From assembly GCF_000372725.1 (NCBI RefSeq), contig NW_005202427.1, positions 801,581 to 865,580 on the forward strand: a stretch of DNA of 64,000 nt, in the 5' to 3' direction. The DNA is from Emiliania huxleyi CCMP1516. Its lineage: Eukaryota. Positions 12,927 to 24,736 of this stretch are shown piece after piece. The notes under the pieces are model-generated. The model did not search any database. It was given only the letters and a program-made list of their open reading frames with translations, and was not told the origin of the DNA. The position numbers and the translations under genes were made by a program. Position 1 is the first letter of the stretch. Every line of letters starts with the position of its first letter.

Positions 12927-12970
12927 CGTGTGAGTGTTAGAGTTGTTTGGTATTGCTAAAAATCTCTCTC
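12927..12970 (+). mobile_element. Micro-insertion of the CRE-like element 3' end with (TC)n tail
   Basis: cgtgtgagtgttagagttgtttggtattgctaaaaatctctctc matches 49419-49468; possible TSD AACAAAC. Confidence 0.7.
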
Positions 12971-13339
12971 AGAACAAACACGGTGCAGGATCGAGGTGCA
13001 CGCTGCCAAAGCAGTGTCGTCCCCCCTCTCTCTCCCCGACGGCGATGGCGGTGTGACCGATCGAGCTACAAGAGGAGCTTGTTCAGCAGGATCCGGGATA
13101 GTCATATGCACTACCTCACTGGGCCTGAGACCACCACACGACAGCATCCCGTCACCGTCTCGGATTTGTCTCCCCTGGCACTTTGCCGACCACGACGACT
13201 CGGTGGCGCGCTGCTCGCTCTGCGGGTGGGAGGTTGTCGCGTGCCAGTGCAAGGCCAAGGGCGCGACGCAGGCTTCCGCCTCGTCTGATGCCCCGGCCTC
13301 GTTCGTCCTCCTCGCCGGCACCGACCGAACGAGTCTCCC

Positions 13340-13480
13340 ACCGAGCCGGTGGCCGACATCTGCACTGCGCCGGGCTGTACGGAGAAGAAGAACCCGGCGG
13401 AGTAGGTCTGCTTCTACTGCAAGCAGGGGCGCACCGGCCACATCGACGAGGCCATGGCGGGGTCCAGCATCTCGCTGTGA
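13340..13480 (+). pseudogene. Degenerate zinc-finger-like coding fragment
   Basis: VADICTAPGCTEKKNPAE*VCFYCKQGRTGHID with an internal stop. Confidence 0.25.
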
Positions 13481-14822
13481 GCGTTTCCTCTTCAACGAAG
13501 GAAACTTCACGCTCCATCCATCCGCGGTGGACCCTTTGCGGAGACTCGGGGTCCGTATGTGTGACGCACCTTGGATCTTGAGCGTCCACGTTGCTTCAGG
13601 CGGCATGGCATCAGATGTTGGGATCCTACGATGTGCGCGCTTCCGACATTGTAGCCATTGTTAGCCAGCGATGATACTCCATGGCAATGTACAAGGCTGA
13701 AAGTACATCAAAGTACTCAGAGGTTTCACGAGACATTGTGCAAAACCCGCTCCCCACACGACGGCGCACACACACGCCAGGTGGGCCCAGCCAGGGCCAT
13801 CCAGGGCCACACGCCTCCGACCGACGCCATGCCCATGCGTCCGAGACGCGGACTCCGCGCCCAGCGTACACGTAGCCACGTCGGTGAGGGGGTGGAGGCT
13901 TCGCCTTCGGCGGATACTACTGGCCTGGGCTGCACACTGCCAGCGATAATAAGTTTCAAGTTCAAGGGACACACACAGTCTCAGTCACGCAGGGCGCGCG
14001 TGACGCGTCTGGCGTCTCGCCGTAGTCTCGCCGTCTGTCGCTCGCTCACGCACGCCGCGAGCGTTTCCGTTTGTTTGACTTTTCCACTCTACTGGTATCT
14101 CGTCTCATGAGATGACGTCATGCGTCCCATGAGTCATGTCTCGAGAGCGCTCGAGAGCGCGTCCGCCGTCAGAGCGAGAGCGAGACGTAAGTGAGACTAA
14201 GTGAGTGTGAGACGTACTCTGTACAAGCGTAGAGTACTAGTATAGAGTATAGTTTACGTTGTAGTGCTTGTACAGCTGGGTTACTTCCACCAGGATTGGT
14301 CTTCTCTGCCTGCGGGAACACCCTCCCGGGCGGCCGGGTGGGGCTGCGGCTGGAGCTAGCATGGCTCGATAGAGCCGAGACCCCGTGTTGAGGCGGCGCT
14401 CCTGTGGGCGGCTGTGGAATCGGTAGATTCGACCTCAGGTCTCCAGTTACCAGTACTCTCATCCCAGTGGATGGACGTCCGGACGTCCCTTTGTGTTCCT
14501 GTCCCCCCGTCCGCCAGCGAGACGCTCAGTCGCTGGCGGCCGCAGTTTTCTGTGATAATCGTGTACAGAGTTAAGTGGTCCAGCCGGCAGGTGGTCGGCC
14601 CGCCGCTGAGGGCTCGGCGGCGAAGCGAACCATCGGTTTTACGTCGGTCAGTCTACCCGGATCGTACGGCACGGCTATATATACAGTACTAGTATACAGT
14701 AGCGCGATTGCATGCGCGTTTGTCCGCCAGCACCGCAGGCGCAATACGGTGACCGCTTTGTTACGCATTTTGGCATTTCTACACTGGTTTCGACAACGAA
14801 TAGGACTACGCGTGCAATGCAT

Positions 14823-17306
14823 TCACGCAACAGCAGAAGACGTTAGTGGCACCCCGAGCACGGCTGCACCCATTGCAATCACCTCGGCGTTTGACGGGAG
14901 AGCTGCAAGCGTGGAGCCTTGATCGACACCAAGCTTCATCCATTCGGCAAACGGCAACTGCGAGCCGCAACCGCTCACGACGGCATCGGCGTTGGGAGCA
15001 AAGACCTTATTATCCTGCGCAATGACGTGCACAGTCGAGGAGTTACCGAATGTGCACGAATTGGGCATCGAAATGTAATTCTGGCCGGGCCCGTCCATAA
15101 TGCAGGTGTTGTTGAAGAAGCGCTCCCAGTGACCCTCGGTTGGGAACCAACCGGGCCAATTCCAGAAGCACGACTTGCCGTACACATTGGGAAACGCGAA
15201 GACGTTGCCGTGCGAGATCTTGCCGTGCCCGTCGAAGTTGGCCATCTTCGCACCGCCGTAGACTCCGAAGTTGGCGTACTCATCATAGAAGGAGCTGCCG
15301 TCGTCGTTGTCGACCATGCCACCGTCAGCATCGTAGTCGGCGACGATGAAGTTGTGATGGATGGCAGTCATGGCGGGCACAATTGAAGGCGTGCCATCGC
15401 GCACAGTCGTGATGAATGACTGGCGGTCCCACGTGTTGAGGGCGCCATGGTCGCCCGACTCGCCGCATGTCTGGAAGAGCAAGTTAAAGGAGATGTTATT
15501 GCCGCCTCCGAAGCCGTCGTTCAGGTTGAAGCCGGCGCGCGGCACGTCGAAGCAGATGTTGTTCGACACGAATGTCTGCGCCGACTTGGCCTGAAAGAGG
15601 CACGAGCTCTGCTTCTCGTGGATCCCGAGGTGCCGAATGAAGTTGCCGTGCACGGTCGTGTAGCGTGGGAAGTTACCTTCGGTTCCATCGGGGCCGGTGC
15701 CAACTGGCTGGAGTGGGTGTGTCCCGTTCGTGTAGCCCCACAGCGCGATGGCAGTCGCACCAGTGCTGAGGATGGTGTTGTGCGAAATGTTAGCATATCC
15801 GTTGAATCCGCTCAGCATGATCGCGTTGCCGTCAAGCCGGACGAGGTTGCAAGCTTCAACGGTCGTGTTCACCGTCCCTTCCAGGAAGAGCGCCGCTGAC
15901 CGCTGCAGTGCCCAATCGCCTCCCGATGGTACACCATGTGGGTCGAGGAACGTCATCGCCGCACCGGTGAACGTGAGCGCCGAGAGGGTGACGTGTGTCA
16001 CTGGCGCGGCCTGCGTGCCCTGTAGCCGGAAGAGCGTCTTGAGATGGGCAACCTCGAAGGCGGGCGGCTTGGAACCACCCACGGGAGGCACCTGTGTTCG
16101 CGTGGCGTTGCAGTTGGGATCGCCTTTGCAATCGAGCGTACCGGTGCCCGATACGAAGTAGAGCATGGCATTGTCCGCGTCGTACCAGTACTCGCTCGGA
16201 AAGTCGAGCTCCTCGTGCAGGTGAGAGATGAACCACTCGGCGCCGCGCGCGTTGTTCCCGCGACCCCCCTGGAAGCCGCCCTTTCCGAAGGTGAGCTCGG
16301 TGCCAGCTTTCTTTGCCTTGCTTCCATTGAGCTCGAACTGCCAGTTGGCCCAGTGCCCCGGCCGCCACGCCGTGATACGGCCGCCGGAGACGTTCTTGTA
16401 AGGTGCGGACGGCAGCTGAGATGGGGTGAAAGAGAGACCGGACGGCAGCTGGAACTCGGAGGCACCGCCACCTTCGGGCCTCTGGGCGCACCAGTACGAG
16501 AACGGAGGGTCGTATACTGAGCACTGCCCGCCGACGCCTCCGCGGTAGTCCTTGAAGAGCGAGCGGTACGACGGGCGGAAGGTGGCGGTGTCATTGTACT
16601 CGATGAAGCTCGGCATACCCAGCTCGGCTGGAGCACTCCACTTCGTCGATGACTGGATGTAGCCGATGGGGAAGCGATCGAGCTCTGGGTTGGCGTTCGG
16701 GTAACGGGCCGGGATCGCGCGCACGCCGTCAACGAGCAGAGTCTCTATCGCCGCAGGGCGCGTAGTTACTGGCACCTTCCAGATTGTGGTGGCCGCGACA
16801 TCCGACACCTTCTGCCACGCAGAGACGGCCAGTGGAGTCGTGCCTGAGACGACAGCGTCTTCGCCGGGATAGCCGGCGATGGTGAGGTTGGAATCGCTCG
16901 GACCAAGTAGGATAGGCTCCTTCAGGCGATGCACGCCTCCGCGCAGGAAGACGGCACACAAGTCAGAGGCAGCCCTGCACGCCTGGACACCCTTCAGAAT
17001 TGAGCAGAATGGCGCGGCCTCTGAGCCTGCGCTCGAGTCACTACAGCTCATCGGTGCTGGCGCGACATAGTAGACGCTGGACGCACGCCCAACCGAGGGA
17101 TGCGTTGAAGGGCCAGCCCAGCGCGCAAGCGGCGGTTTTGGATCAGTGGTAGCGAGGCCTTCCTGTAATTCCTTCTTGTTGGCCTCGCTCATGTCGGGCT
17201 GGATGTGCTGAGCAAACGTTACCGCAGCCCTTCGCCATGCTGCCTCGAAGCCGACGGGCGGCGCAGCGTGCGCAGCGTGCGCAGCGACCAGCAGCAAGCT
17301 CATCAT
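14823..17306 (-). CDS. Secreted right-handed beta-helix protein, GH141-like / pectin-lyase fold, intronless
   Basis: Signal peptide MMSLLLVAAHAAHA; LRGGVHRL..PILLGPSDS..TIAGYPGEDAVVSG, ARYPN, ELDFPSEYWYD, N-ladder repeats, ESGDHGALNTWDR. Confidence 0.85.
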   Translation of the reverse strand: MMSLLLVAAHAAHAAPPVGFEAAWRRAAVTFAQHIQPDMSEANKKELQEGLATTDPKPPLARWAGPSTHPSVGRASSVYYVAPAPMSCSDSSAGSEAAPFCSILKGVQACRAASDLCAVFLRGGVHRLKEPILLGPSDSNLTIAGYPGEDAVVSGTTPLAVSAWQKVSDVAATTIWKVPVTTRPAAIETLLVDGVRAIPARYPNANPELDRFPIGYIQSSTKWSAPAELGMPSFIEYNDTATFRPSYRSLFKDYRGGVGGQCSVYDPPFSYWCAQRPEGGGASEFQLPSGLSFTPSQLPSAPYKNVSGGRITAWRPGHWANWQFELNGSKAKKAGTELTFGKGGFQGGRGNNARGAEWFISHLHEELDFPSEYWYDADNAMLYFVSGTGTLDCKGDPNCNATRTQVPPVGGSKPPAFEVAHLKTLFRLQGTQAAPVTHVTLSALTFTGAAMTFLDPHGVPSGGDWALQRSAALFLEGTVNTTVEACNLVRLDGNAIMLSGFNGYANISHNTILSTGATAIALWGYTNGTHPLQPVGTGPDGTEGNFPRYTTVHGNFIRHLGIHEKQSSCLFQAKSAQTFVSNNICFDVPRAGFNLNDGFGGGNNISFNLLFQTCGESGDHGALNTWDRQSFITTVRDGTPSIVPAMTAIHHNFIVADYDADGGMVDNDDGSSFYDEYANFGVYGGAKMANFDGHGKISHGNVFAFPNVYGKSCFWNWPGWFPTEGHWERFFNNTCIMDGPGQNYISMPNSCTFGNSSTVHVIAQDNKVFAPNADAVVSGCGSQLPFAEWMKLGVDQGSTLAALPSNAEVIAMGAAVLGVPLTSSAVA

Positions 17307-18303
17307 TGTCCGCGATATGAGTACAAGTCCGTGCACTGGGTGAGAGAGCGCTGCATTGGCCCCATGAGCACCTCGCCGCGCTTTTGCCTTTTTTTTCTAC
17401 GGGCGGCAACGAGGGCGGGCAGCGCAGGCGGCGACGATGGGTGAGGGAGCGATGGGGGAGGGGGGTAGGGTTGGCTAAAGTAGAAGAAGGTATAGCACGC
17501 CTGAGGCGAGTCGCCGGTGAGGCTGAATCCGCACCGATCTTCGAGGGTGACATTCATCATTCTTGGGTGCAATGACCTGTCGGCGGCAGACAAATGCCGC
17601 TTCTGTGGGCTGGGTTATGTGTCTCCCACACCAGGCGGCATAACCTTGCTTCCGTCGCTGAGGTACATGGCTTGGTTCAAACGGCGGCGACGGCGGGTTA
17701 GCGGCGAGAGCGCCGGAATCGGCGCTCTGCGCGCGAGGGGGTGAGGACGTTATGGGCGCGCGGATGGGATGGGGGTTTCTGCGTAGGGTGTCTGGTCTCT
17801 CTTAGGCGGGTTCTCATCTTCCTCGGTCCATTGCTGCGCGGCGTTCCGCACGATCCCCTAAGTCGAAGGAGCATCATGGCATCATTGTCCCATCATCAGT
17901 CTCACCCACACTTCGTTCCGGTGTGCGGTGCCCACTGCACTCTGCAGTCTCTCCGCTACTTCCCGCTTGAGCCGCCGTCGCGGCCCTCGTTCGTCCCACT
18001 GGCTGTTGGCCCATCCCGTCGTTGCCTCTGTTTCTTTTCCCGTTGTGGGCGCATTTTTCTTTTCTGTTAAAATTCTTTTCTGGGGTGTACCTGCCTGTGT
18101 TATAGTGCCAGTGCGCGCCAGTCCCGTGCCTAAAAATAAACAAAACAGGGAACCCAAGGGAGGGAAATGGGAAATGGGGATGGGTTTGACGGCACCTGCA
18201 CCTTGGTAAAATTCTTTCCGAAAAGCCTGTCTGCTGTGAGACAGAGTTGTTTTGTTTAAATTCTTTCCGAAAACGAGACCAATTTCCCACTTTCGCGACA
18301 CAC

Positions 18304-18623
18304 ATGGCAGAGCCGAAGGAGACGGCGGAGGTTAGTGCTCCACCTGCTGCTGCTGCAGAGGAGCCTGCGGCGGCAAAGCAGCAATCCACCAGCTTCCCCG
18401 TGCGGTTTCTGCTGACGGCTGCAGTGCTGATCTTCGTCAGTGAGCGCCAGAGTAGTAGAGCAATGCACGGTCGACAAATGGGAGAGCGACTCCACTAGCA
18501 TCACTTGACTGCATCACAGGTACGGCGATGGCGCCGCTGAGGCAAGCATTTCTGCTGGCAATCGCGCGGCGTCTGGAAGATTCCGGGATAGGCGCTGAAC
18601 AACCCAGCAAAGACGAAATGTGA
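18304..18623 (+). CDS. Small 79-aa single-TM protein ending in KDEM; exons 18304-18439, 18520-18623
   Basis: GTGAG...CACAG intron restores the frame: MAEPKE...FLLTAAVLIFVSTAMAPLRQAFLLAIARRLEDSGIGAEQPSKDEM*. Confidence 0.55.
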
Positions 18624-18833
18624 TGCTGAGTTAATGTCACAGCGACTCGTGCTGTGCCCAACTGCCCATGGCGCCATCCGCCATCCCGATGCCGTCGACG
18701 GCGTGTGATAACCGTATTTTCTCTCTCACCCCTCCTCTCTCGGCTGGGCACGCCGCGTGGTTCATCGCCGGCCCGGCGCGGTCTCCTGGCGGGTCAGAGG
18801 CGAGAGACAGAGAGCACCGCCCTTAGGGGCCCC

Positions 18834-19346
18834 CTAGGCTTAAAAGGGTGGGCCCTGGGGCGCCTGCGGCTTAAACGGCTTAAAACGGGCCATGGCCCAT
18901 TTTAAGGCTGCCTGGGCCGCCGATTCCTTAAACGGTCTTAAACGCTTAGACGGTGCGGGAGAGCTCCCGAGGTCGATGGTCCGGGAGGCTCCCGGTAGAC
19001 CCGCCGGAGGCCGGGAAGCTGGCTACAGTCAGCTAGCACGCGCCCCCTATGCGAGTATGGCTCCTGCCAGTGCACCAGACTTACAGATGTGTCTTCAGAG
19101 GCGGGTTTGTGCCTGATAACGGCAGTATTGGAGAAAACGGCGCGGAACCCAGCGACGCATGCCGGCGAGGCCGATTTTCTTAAACGGTCTTAAAAGAGGG
19201 ATCCCCCGTGCCTGCAATCTCTTAAATGGCAAGTTAAGCCCCCAAACCTCCTCGTTTCTTAAAAGGTCTTAAAAAAATCCGAGCGGCGCGGCCGCGGGCA
19301 GCGCGCCGCAGTCTCTCGCGGCCTTACCATCCATTTTAAAGTGCTG
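18834..19346. mobile_element. Degenerate MITE-like element rich in CTTAAA motifs
   Basis: Dense cttaaa(cgg) motifs at both ends; imperfect terminal inversion ttaaaagggtgg / ccatccattttaa; no clear TSD. Confidence 0.45.
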
Positions 19347-19601
19347 AACCTGGGCCGCTTCGATCCAGCCCACGTACGTAATGCTCAACACAGGATGGGT
19401 GCGGGGTGCGCAGGGGGAGGTTGGCGATCGCGGCTGGGCTGCAGCGGAGGCGAGGTCGGAGGGGGGCGACTGCACACCCAACCCGAGGGATGGGGGTGAG
19501 TGCTGCCCGTCCCACTCCGCCGCTCGCGCGCCGACGCCGCCAGGCTGGGTCCGCCCCCCTCCCCCTTTCCCCCCGAGGGTGCATGCGGCCGGCGCGGCGG
19601 C

Positions 19602-21007
19602 TCAGTCTCCGCCCTCCCCTCCGCCGGCCTTCTTCTTCTTGTTGTTCTTCTTCTTCTTCTTCGCCACCTCCGTCGCGAGCAGCGCCACCAGCGCCTCGTC
19701 GGTCAGCGACTTCTCCGAGTTCGCCACCGGCGGCGGCGAGCTCGTCGTGCGCGCCACGTTGCCCGACGGCAGCAGCGCGACGGTGAACTTGACCTGCGCG
19801 ACAAACTCGTTGTCCTTCTCGTACAGCACGGGGTACTCGACGAAGAGGTTGTGCTTGACGCACTCGACCACGCCCATCCGCCACGCCCGCTCGTCGCCCG
19901 CGCGCAGCGTGAAGGGCAGCGTCGGGAAGCGCGCGTTCACCTGGCAGGGGCGCGCCGCGCCGCTCAGTGGGCCGCGGCGGCCAGCGGCGGCGGGCCAGGA
20001 GCGGGCCGGGGAGGGTGGGGCGGCGGGCCTCGGAGAAGAAGGCCCGCGAGGCCTTCATCTTGAGCGAGTACTTCTCCTCGAGGTCGCGCTTGAAGACGGT
20101 GCACCTCTTCTCCCCCACCTTTGGCTTGCCCTCCCCGGTGGACATTGCGATGTCCATTGAAAAGACGTCTCCCTTCTCAATCGTCACCTCCTTGGGCTTG
20201 TTCTCCTCGTTCACCTTGTTGACGATCATCTTATTTGCGTCGATGACGTGCTTCTTCATCTGGTGCGACAGGACCCCCTCCAGCGGCGTGCAGCCGTACG
20301 CCTCCGCCACCTGCGAGGCGCGGCCGCGCACGCGCTATCGCGAGGCTGCGAGAGGGCGGCGCGGGGAGGGGGGGGAGGGGGGCGGGGCGCGGGGGGGGGG
20401 AGGCGGCGCGCGCCTTGGCGATCATGTCGGTCACCTCGGTGTTCTTGCACCCCTCCTTGAACATCCTGTGCGCCAGCTCCGACGCCGTCCACGCCGCCAT
20501 CATCGCGTCTGCCTTTTTGCCCGTCACGGGCGGCGCTGCGGCGTCGGCGGTGCAGACGTGCGTGTGGGCGACGACGCCGATGTAGCCGTCGACATGCACA
20601 CCCAGGTCGATCTTGACCACGTCGCCCTCGACCAGCGTCACGTCGTCCTCCGAGGTGAGCGGCGAGTAGTGGCCGCAGCAGTGGTTGACGGAAATGCACG
20701 TGGGGAACGCAGAGCCCTTCTCAACCTTCTTGCCGCCCTTCTTCACGTTGTACACCTTGGAGGTGGCCTCCTCCACCAGATCGTCGCCCCGCTTGCACAG
20801 TTCCACCGCCTTCACCCCCGGCTTGATCGCCTCGATGATGGCTGTCAGCACGCTGTTCGCGATGTCGCCGGCACACCGGTACTTGGTCACGATGTCGGCG
20901 TTGCTGAGGTCATTCATGGCCTCCTCGTCCTCCTCCTTGGTCTCCTCGTCCTCGGACCCGTCGATGTCGACCGACGACACGTCGTCATCCTCCTCCTCCT
21001 TCGGCAT
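19602..21007 (-). CDS. PA2G4: Proliferation-associated protein 2G4 / EBP1 (M24 fold); exons 21007-20414, 20310-20029, 19940-19602
   Basis: VTKYR.AGDIAN, AFPTCISVN, DVVKIDLGVHVDGYI, EGVLSHQMKK, LKMKASR.FFSE, RFPTLPF.LRA, Lys-rich tail; two GC-AG introns. Confidence 0.95.
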
Positions 21008-21342
21008 CGTTAACGGTGCGGAGAGCTCGCCTCTGCCTCGCGTCCGCACGCGATTGTGCGCTGGGAACTCAGAATTCTTTTTTTGAGCTTGCCTTCGATG
21101 TAATGAACAAACGCACGGCGGACATTTGCATCATAGAAACTTTTGCGGTGCGTCGCGCTTCCAGGCCTCTCAGTTCACCCCAGAATCGTGAACCGTGTCC
21201 GTCCCCCCCCCCCGGGGGTGAACCGACTCCTCCCGCCCTCCCGCGCGCGACGTGTGCTCGGTCATTCGAGAACCTCGCACTCCATGTGCGAGAACGCAGG
21301 GTAAATGTAAGCCGGATGGCTCACAGGCCACCTCTTGCGTCC

Positions 21343-21417
21343 CGAGCTCACCATCTACCACTGAACACTTCCGCCCCCTCGCTCCCAACCCATCCACCTC
21401 GCCTCGGGCCGCGCCGC
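21343..21417. repeat. ~75-bp element shared with 10880-10956
   Basis: Direct sequence match to 10880-10956. Confidence 0.85.
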
Positions 21418-21863
21418 GCACTCTCGGTCGATCTCGCGCACTCTCGGCGATCTTCGACGCGAGAATTCTTTTTGCACGACACCGGCGGACGGCCTCTCTC
21501 GGGAGGCGGCTTGCGACGCCGCTCTTGCGGCTGTCGAGGCGCTCCTGCTTAAGCAGGAGCCATGGAGGCTCGAATTCCTCAAGGCGGAGGAAGGCGTGGG
21601 AGAGGCGGACGCGAACAACCGCCGCCGGCGGGCGGCGAAGGGGCGCGCCAAGGAGGAGCGCGAGGAGCGCGCGGAGCTCGCTCCCTTTGGGGAGGATTAC
21701 GGCTCGGGAGGGCTAAATCGTGCAGAGATCGACTTGTTCGATGACGATGGCCCCTGAGGGGGCCGTCTGCTGTGTCCTTTGTAGTGCCAGTCCCGTACCC
21801 GGTGTAAAAAAAGAAAGAAAACGGCCAAGACTGATAAAATTCTTTTTGGCGGCCCAGCGATCA

Positions 21864-23961
21864 ATGAATGGCGGCAGAAGGGTCATCTTCATCGTCTTAG
21901 CCACCTCTGCCTCCGCCCTGGATCGCCCAGCTCTGCGCGCAAGCACCGCACTCATGGCCAAGCCCCGCAGCTCCGCTCCGATCGCCACCTCCGCCACACT
22001 CGGCGCTGACGGCGGCCGCGACCGCACCACGCTCGCCGCGGTGGGCGCAGCGCTGGCCTCGCTGCTGCAGGGTTACCACACGGGCGTCATCGGCGGTGCT
22101 CTGCTCTACCTCGCGCCCGAGTTCGGCCTCGCAACCGATCCGAAGCTGACCGGTGCCATCGTGACTGCAACCACCGTCGGCTCTGTCGTCGGCACCGCGG
22201 CGGCGGCGCGGCTCTCTGACGGTATCGGCCGGCGCAGCACGCTCGCGATCGCGTCGTGGGCGTCGCTCGCCGGCTCGGCCCTCCTCTGCGTCTCGCGCAC
22301 CGCCGGCGGCCTCGTCGCCGCGCGCGGCCTCGTCGGCGTCGCCGTCGGCATGGCGGGCGCCGTCGTGCCAGTCTACATCGCCGAGACGGCGCAGGCGTCG
22401 CGGCGCGGCGCGCTGGCGGCGATCCCGCAGACGTTCGTCTCGCTCGGCATCTTCTCGGCGTACCTCGTCTCGCTCCTCATCGCCGCCGTCTTCCCCGCCG
22501 CCGGCTGGCGAGGGTTTGCCCTCGCCACCACTTCCACCTCCCTCCCTGCTCCGAGGCCGCCCCTCGGCCACCCCAACGCAGGAGGCCGATGATGGCGGCC
22601 TCTCTCGTTCCGGCGGCGGTGCACGCGGCGATGGTGCTATGGGTGCTGCCCGAGTCGCCCCGCTGGCTGCTGCAGCGCCGCAGGCCTGCCGACGCTCTCC
22701 GCGCCCTCTCGCGCCTGCGCGGTGCGGACACGGCGGCGGCGCTGGCGGCGGCCGAGGAGGAGCTGAGGGCGATGGGGCCGGTGGGGGCGGCGGAGAAGGC
22801 GAAGGGGGGGGAGGGGGGCGGCTTCGGGGCGCTGCTCGAGCCGCGGCTGCTGCGGCTGCTCTGTGTGGTTGTTGCGTTGCAGGCGTTGCAGCAGCTGTAT
22901 GGGAAGTGTCTAGGAAGTGTCCGGGAAGTGTCCCTGGGTTGCGCTGCAGGCGTTGCAGCAGCTGTCTGGCAGCAGCGCCGGCCGGCTCTCGGGGGCAGAG
23001 GGAGAGGTGACGCGGCTTTACGGGTCTGCGGCGGTGTGTGCGTAGGGATCAACGCGGTGGTGTACTACACCCCGACGGTGCGCCCCCAAAAGGGGGTGGC
23101 GGGGAGGGGCCCCAAAAAAAGGGCCGAGGGGAGCCGCCCCCCCCAACTAAGGTCAAGGTTGTGTTACACCCCCCTTCCCCCTCTTCCCCCTCTTCCCCTC
23201 CCCCCCCCCCCCCCCCCTCCTCCTCGCAGGTGCTCAAGGAGGCAGGCGTGCCACGACTCTTCGCCTCGGTCGGGCTCGATGAGAACGCGGCCTCGCTCGC
23301 CGCCACCGCGCTCGCGTACGCGCCGCGCCTCCCCGCCATGCTCGCCGCCATCTCGCTGATGGGAGACTTCCTAGACGCCTTCGCAGACACTTCCTAGATA
23401 CTTCCGTTAGGCTTGCCACCATCTCGCTGATGGACCGGCTCGGACGCCGCTCGCTCCTCCTCCGCTTCATCCCGCTCATGGCCCTCTCCCACCTCGCCCT
23501 CGCCGCCTCGCTGCTGCACATGGCCTCCGCCTCGTCCGCCCTGCCCGCGGCGGCGGCGGTGGTCGCGCTCTGCGGCTACGGCGTCGCCTTCTCCCTCTCG
23601 CTCGGCGCGGGACCCGCCTTGCCCCGCCCTCCGCCGCAGCCCGGGAGGAGGCGTCCTGCCCCCCCCACACTCTCCGCCGCTGCGAGCAGGCCCCATCCCA
23701 AACATCCTCACGTCGGAGCTCTTCCCGATGCGCGCGCGCGCCGCCGCCATGTCCGTCTCGCTCGCCGCCCAGTTCGTGTGCAACACCGCCGTCGGCGCCG
23801 GCTTCCCCGCACTGCGCGCCTCGCTCGGCAGCGGCGGCGTCTTTTTCGCGTTCGCCGCCGTGTGTGCGGCCGGCTGGCTCGTCACGGCCGTCGCGGTGCC
23901 GGAGACCAAAGGGAGGGCGCTCGAGGACGACGGAGGAGAGGGCAAGACCAAGGCCTCCTGA
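21864..23961 (+). CDS. MFS sugar porter family transporter, 7 exons, possible signal+transit N-terminus
   Basis: GYHTGVIGGA, SDGIGRR, PVYIAE...RRG, PESPRWL, QQLSGINAVVYY, DRLGRR, GPIP...SELFP, VPETKG. Confidence 0.93.
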
Positions 23962-24226
23962 CCCTCGGCGTGCCCGAGAGAGCGAGATTCGCTCGAGCTT
24001 TTTTAAACTCTCACGTCTCAGCTGTCATCGGTGCTGCGACCTGCGTGTGCTCCTCCGATGTGGCGTTTGCGTTGGATGTGACACGGTGCGATGTGTCGAG
24101 ATTCGCGAGTTTTCACAAAGTGTGTGCACACGTGTCTGCTCTGTCGGGGCCGAAGAGGCTGGAGAGTGTGGAGCGACGTCTGGAGAGCCGAGCCGCGAGC
24201 GTGGCCATCCGCAGCAGCACAGCACA

Positions 24227-24736
24227 ACCCCCCTGCTCTAGCGGAAATCTTCTGTATATCGTGAATGATCGCCGAATATCGCCTAATATTGCCTAATATC
24301 GCGCAATATCGCGCAGTCGCGCGTAATATCGCGCAATTATCGCGCAATATCGCGCACCCTCCGCCTCCCGGCACGCCGGCAGGCCCTCGCCCCGGGCCCA
24401 GCGCGGTCGGCGGCGGACCGCGCTTCGCGGCGCATTTCTTACTTTGTTTTCGGTGCGCTTTCGCACCGCGCTCCTACCGAGGTGTGTAGCCAGCCAGACC
24501 CAGCTGCGCAACGCGAGCGGAGCGAGCGAAGCGCCAGGGACGAAGCGGCGACGGCGCCCGTCCCCCTTTGTAACGCTTCACGCGCGTCGCATCGTCGCTG
24601 AGGCGTGGCCGTGGGCTGTGAAGGGCTCGCATGATCGCGAGCATCGCACAACATCGCCATTTATCGCATTTTATCGCCAAATATCGCGCGGTATCGCGGT
24701 TGCGATATTGTGAAAGATTTTCGCTAGAGCAGGGGT
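24227..24736. mobile_element. MITE, ~23-bp TIR, 6-bp TSD
   Basis: ACCCC(CC)TGCTCTAGCGGAAATCTT ... AAGATTTTCGCTAGAGCAGGGGT flanked by AGCACA; subterminal ATATCGCG repeats. Confidence 0.8.

Noticed and set aside
14217..14571. Structured region with hairpins and a 10-bp terminal inversion, possibly an ncRNA or MITE
   Set aside because: No recognisable SRP, RNase P/MRP or snRNA motifs; no TSD and no second copy
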